IMG/VR virus record: IMGVR_UViG_3300019875_000003 | Span: 1 to 44,162 of that record | Strand: one strand, 5' to 3' | Source: a virus | Taxonomy: Duplodnaviria > Caudoviricetes | Length of the DNA: 44,162 nt | Shown here: one piece after another, positions 44,139 through 44,162 of the stretch | Layout of the letters: every line of letters begins with the position of its first letter | Position numbering within the stretch: position 1 is the stretch's first letter | Translations under genes and position numbers: made by a program | Notes under the pieces: generated by a model | Databases searched by the model: none | What the model saw: the letters and a program-made list of their open reading frames with translations, nothing else | Told to the model about the DNA's origin: nothing

Positions 44139-44162
44139 GGACCCCCCGGGGCATTTTTTTGG
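44139..44162. other. Terminal GC-rich palindrome, possibly near the cos/pac site
   Basis: GGACCCCCCGGGGCATTTTTTGG at the window end, upstream of the probable terS. Confidence 0.35.

Noticed and set aside
1-44162. Integrase, transposase, reverse transcriptase/DGR or rRNA
   Set aside because: No tyrosine or serine recombinase, DDE or YxDD RT motif context, and no adenine-variable repeat pair was seen

Overview
The window looks like a near-complete ~44 kb tailed (siphovirus-type) phage genome. Essentially all genes are on the minus strand, and no integrase or repressor module is visible, so it is probably lytic; an actinobacterial host is an inference only. Reading from 44162 towards 1 it carries: packaging and lysis genes (small terminase, HNH, amidase endolysin); adaptor, 2H-phosphoesterase fusion, large terminase, portal and a protease-capsid fusion; tail genes (two major-tail paralogs, beta-helix tailspike, tape measure, Dit, minor tails); holins; an array of small promoter-ORF-hairpin cassettes; a cluster of membrane-anchored paralogs; a 1252-aa SF3 helicase-primase-family B polymerase fusion; SSB; a second cassette region with non-coding RNA candidates; an SF2 helicase; a palindromic ori candidate; and nucleases. 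The most striking element is an 894-aa protein at 298..2982. It has the DFDGD catalytic motif and several motifs of YonO/RdRP-like double-psi-barrel single-subunit RNA polymerases, plus HTH domains and an N-terminal LxHxG motif shared with head-region proteins. It co-occurs with 11 copies of a non-canonical promoter (TCGCR-N14-[-10 hexamer]), hairpins with a conserved loop, and a rod-with-bubble RNA reminiscent of 6S RNA. Together these suggest a self-contained, possibly virion-delivered transcription system. All assignments come from motif recognition by eye; no database searches were run.
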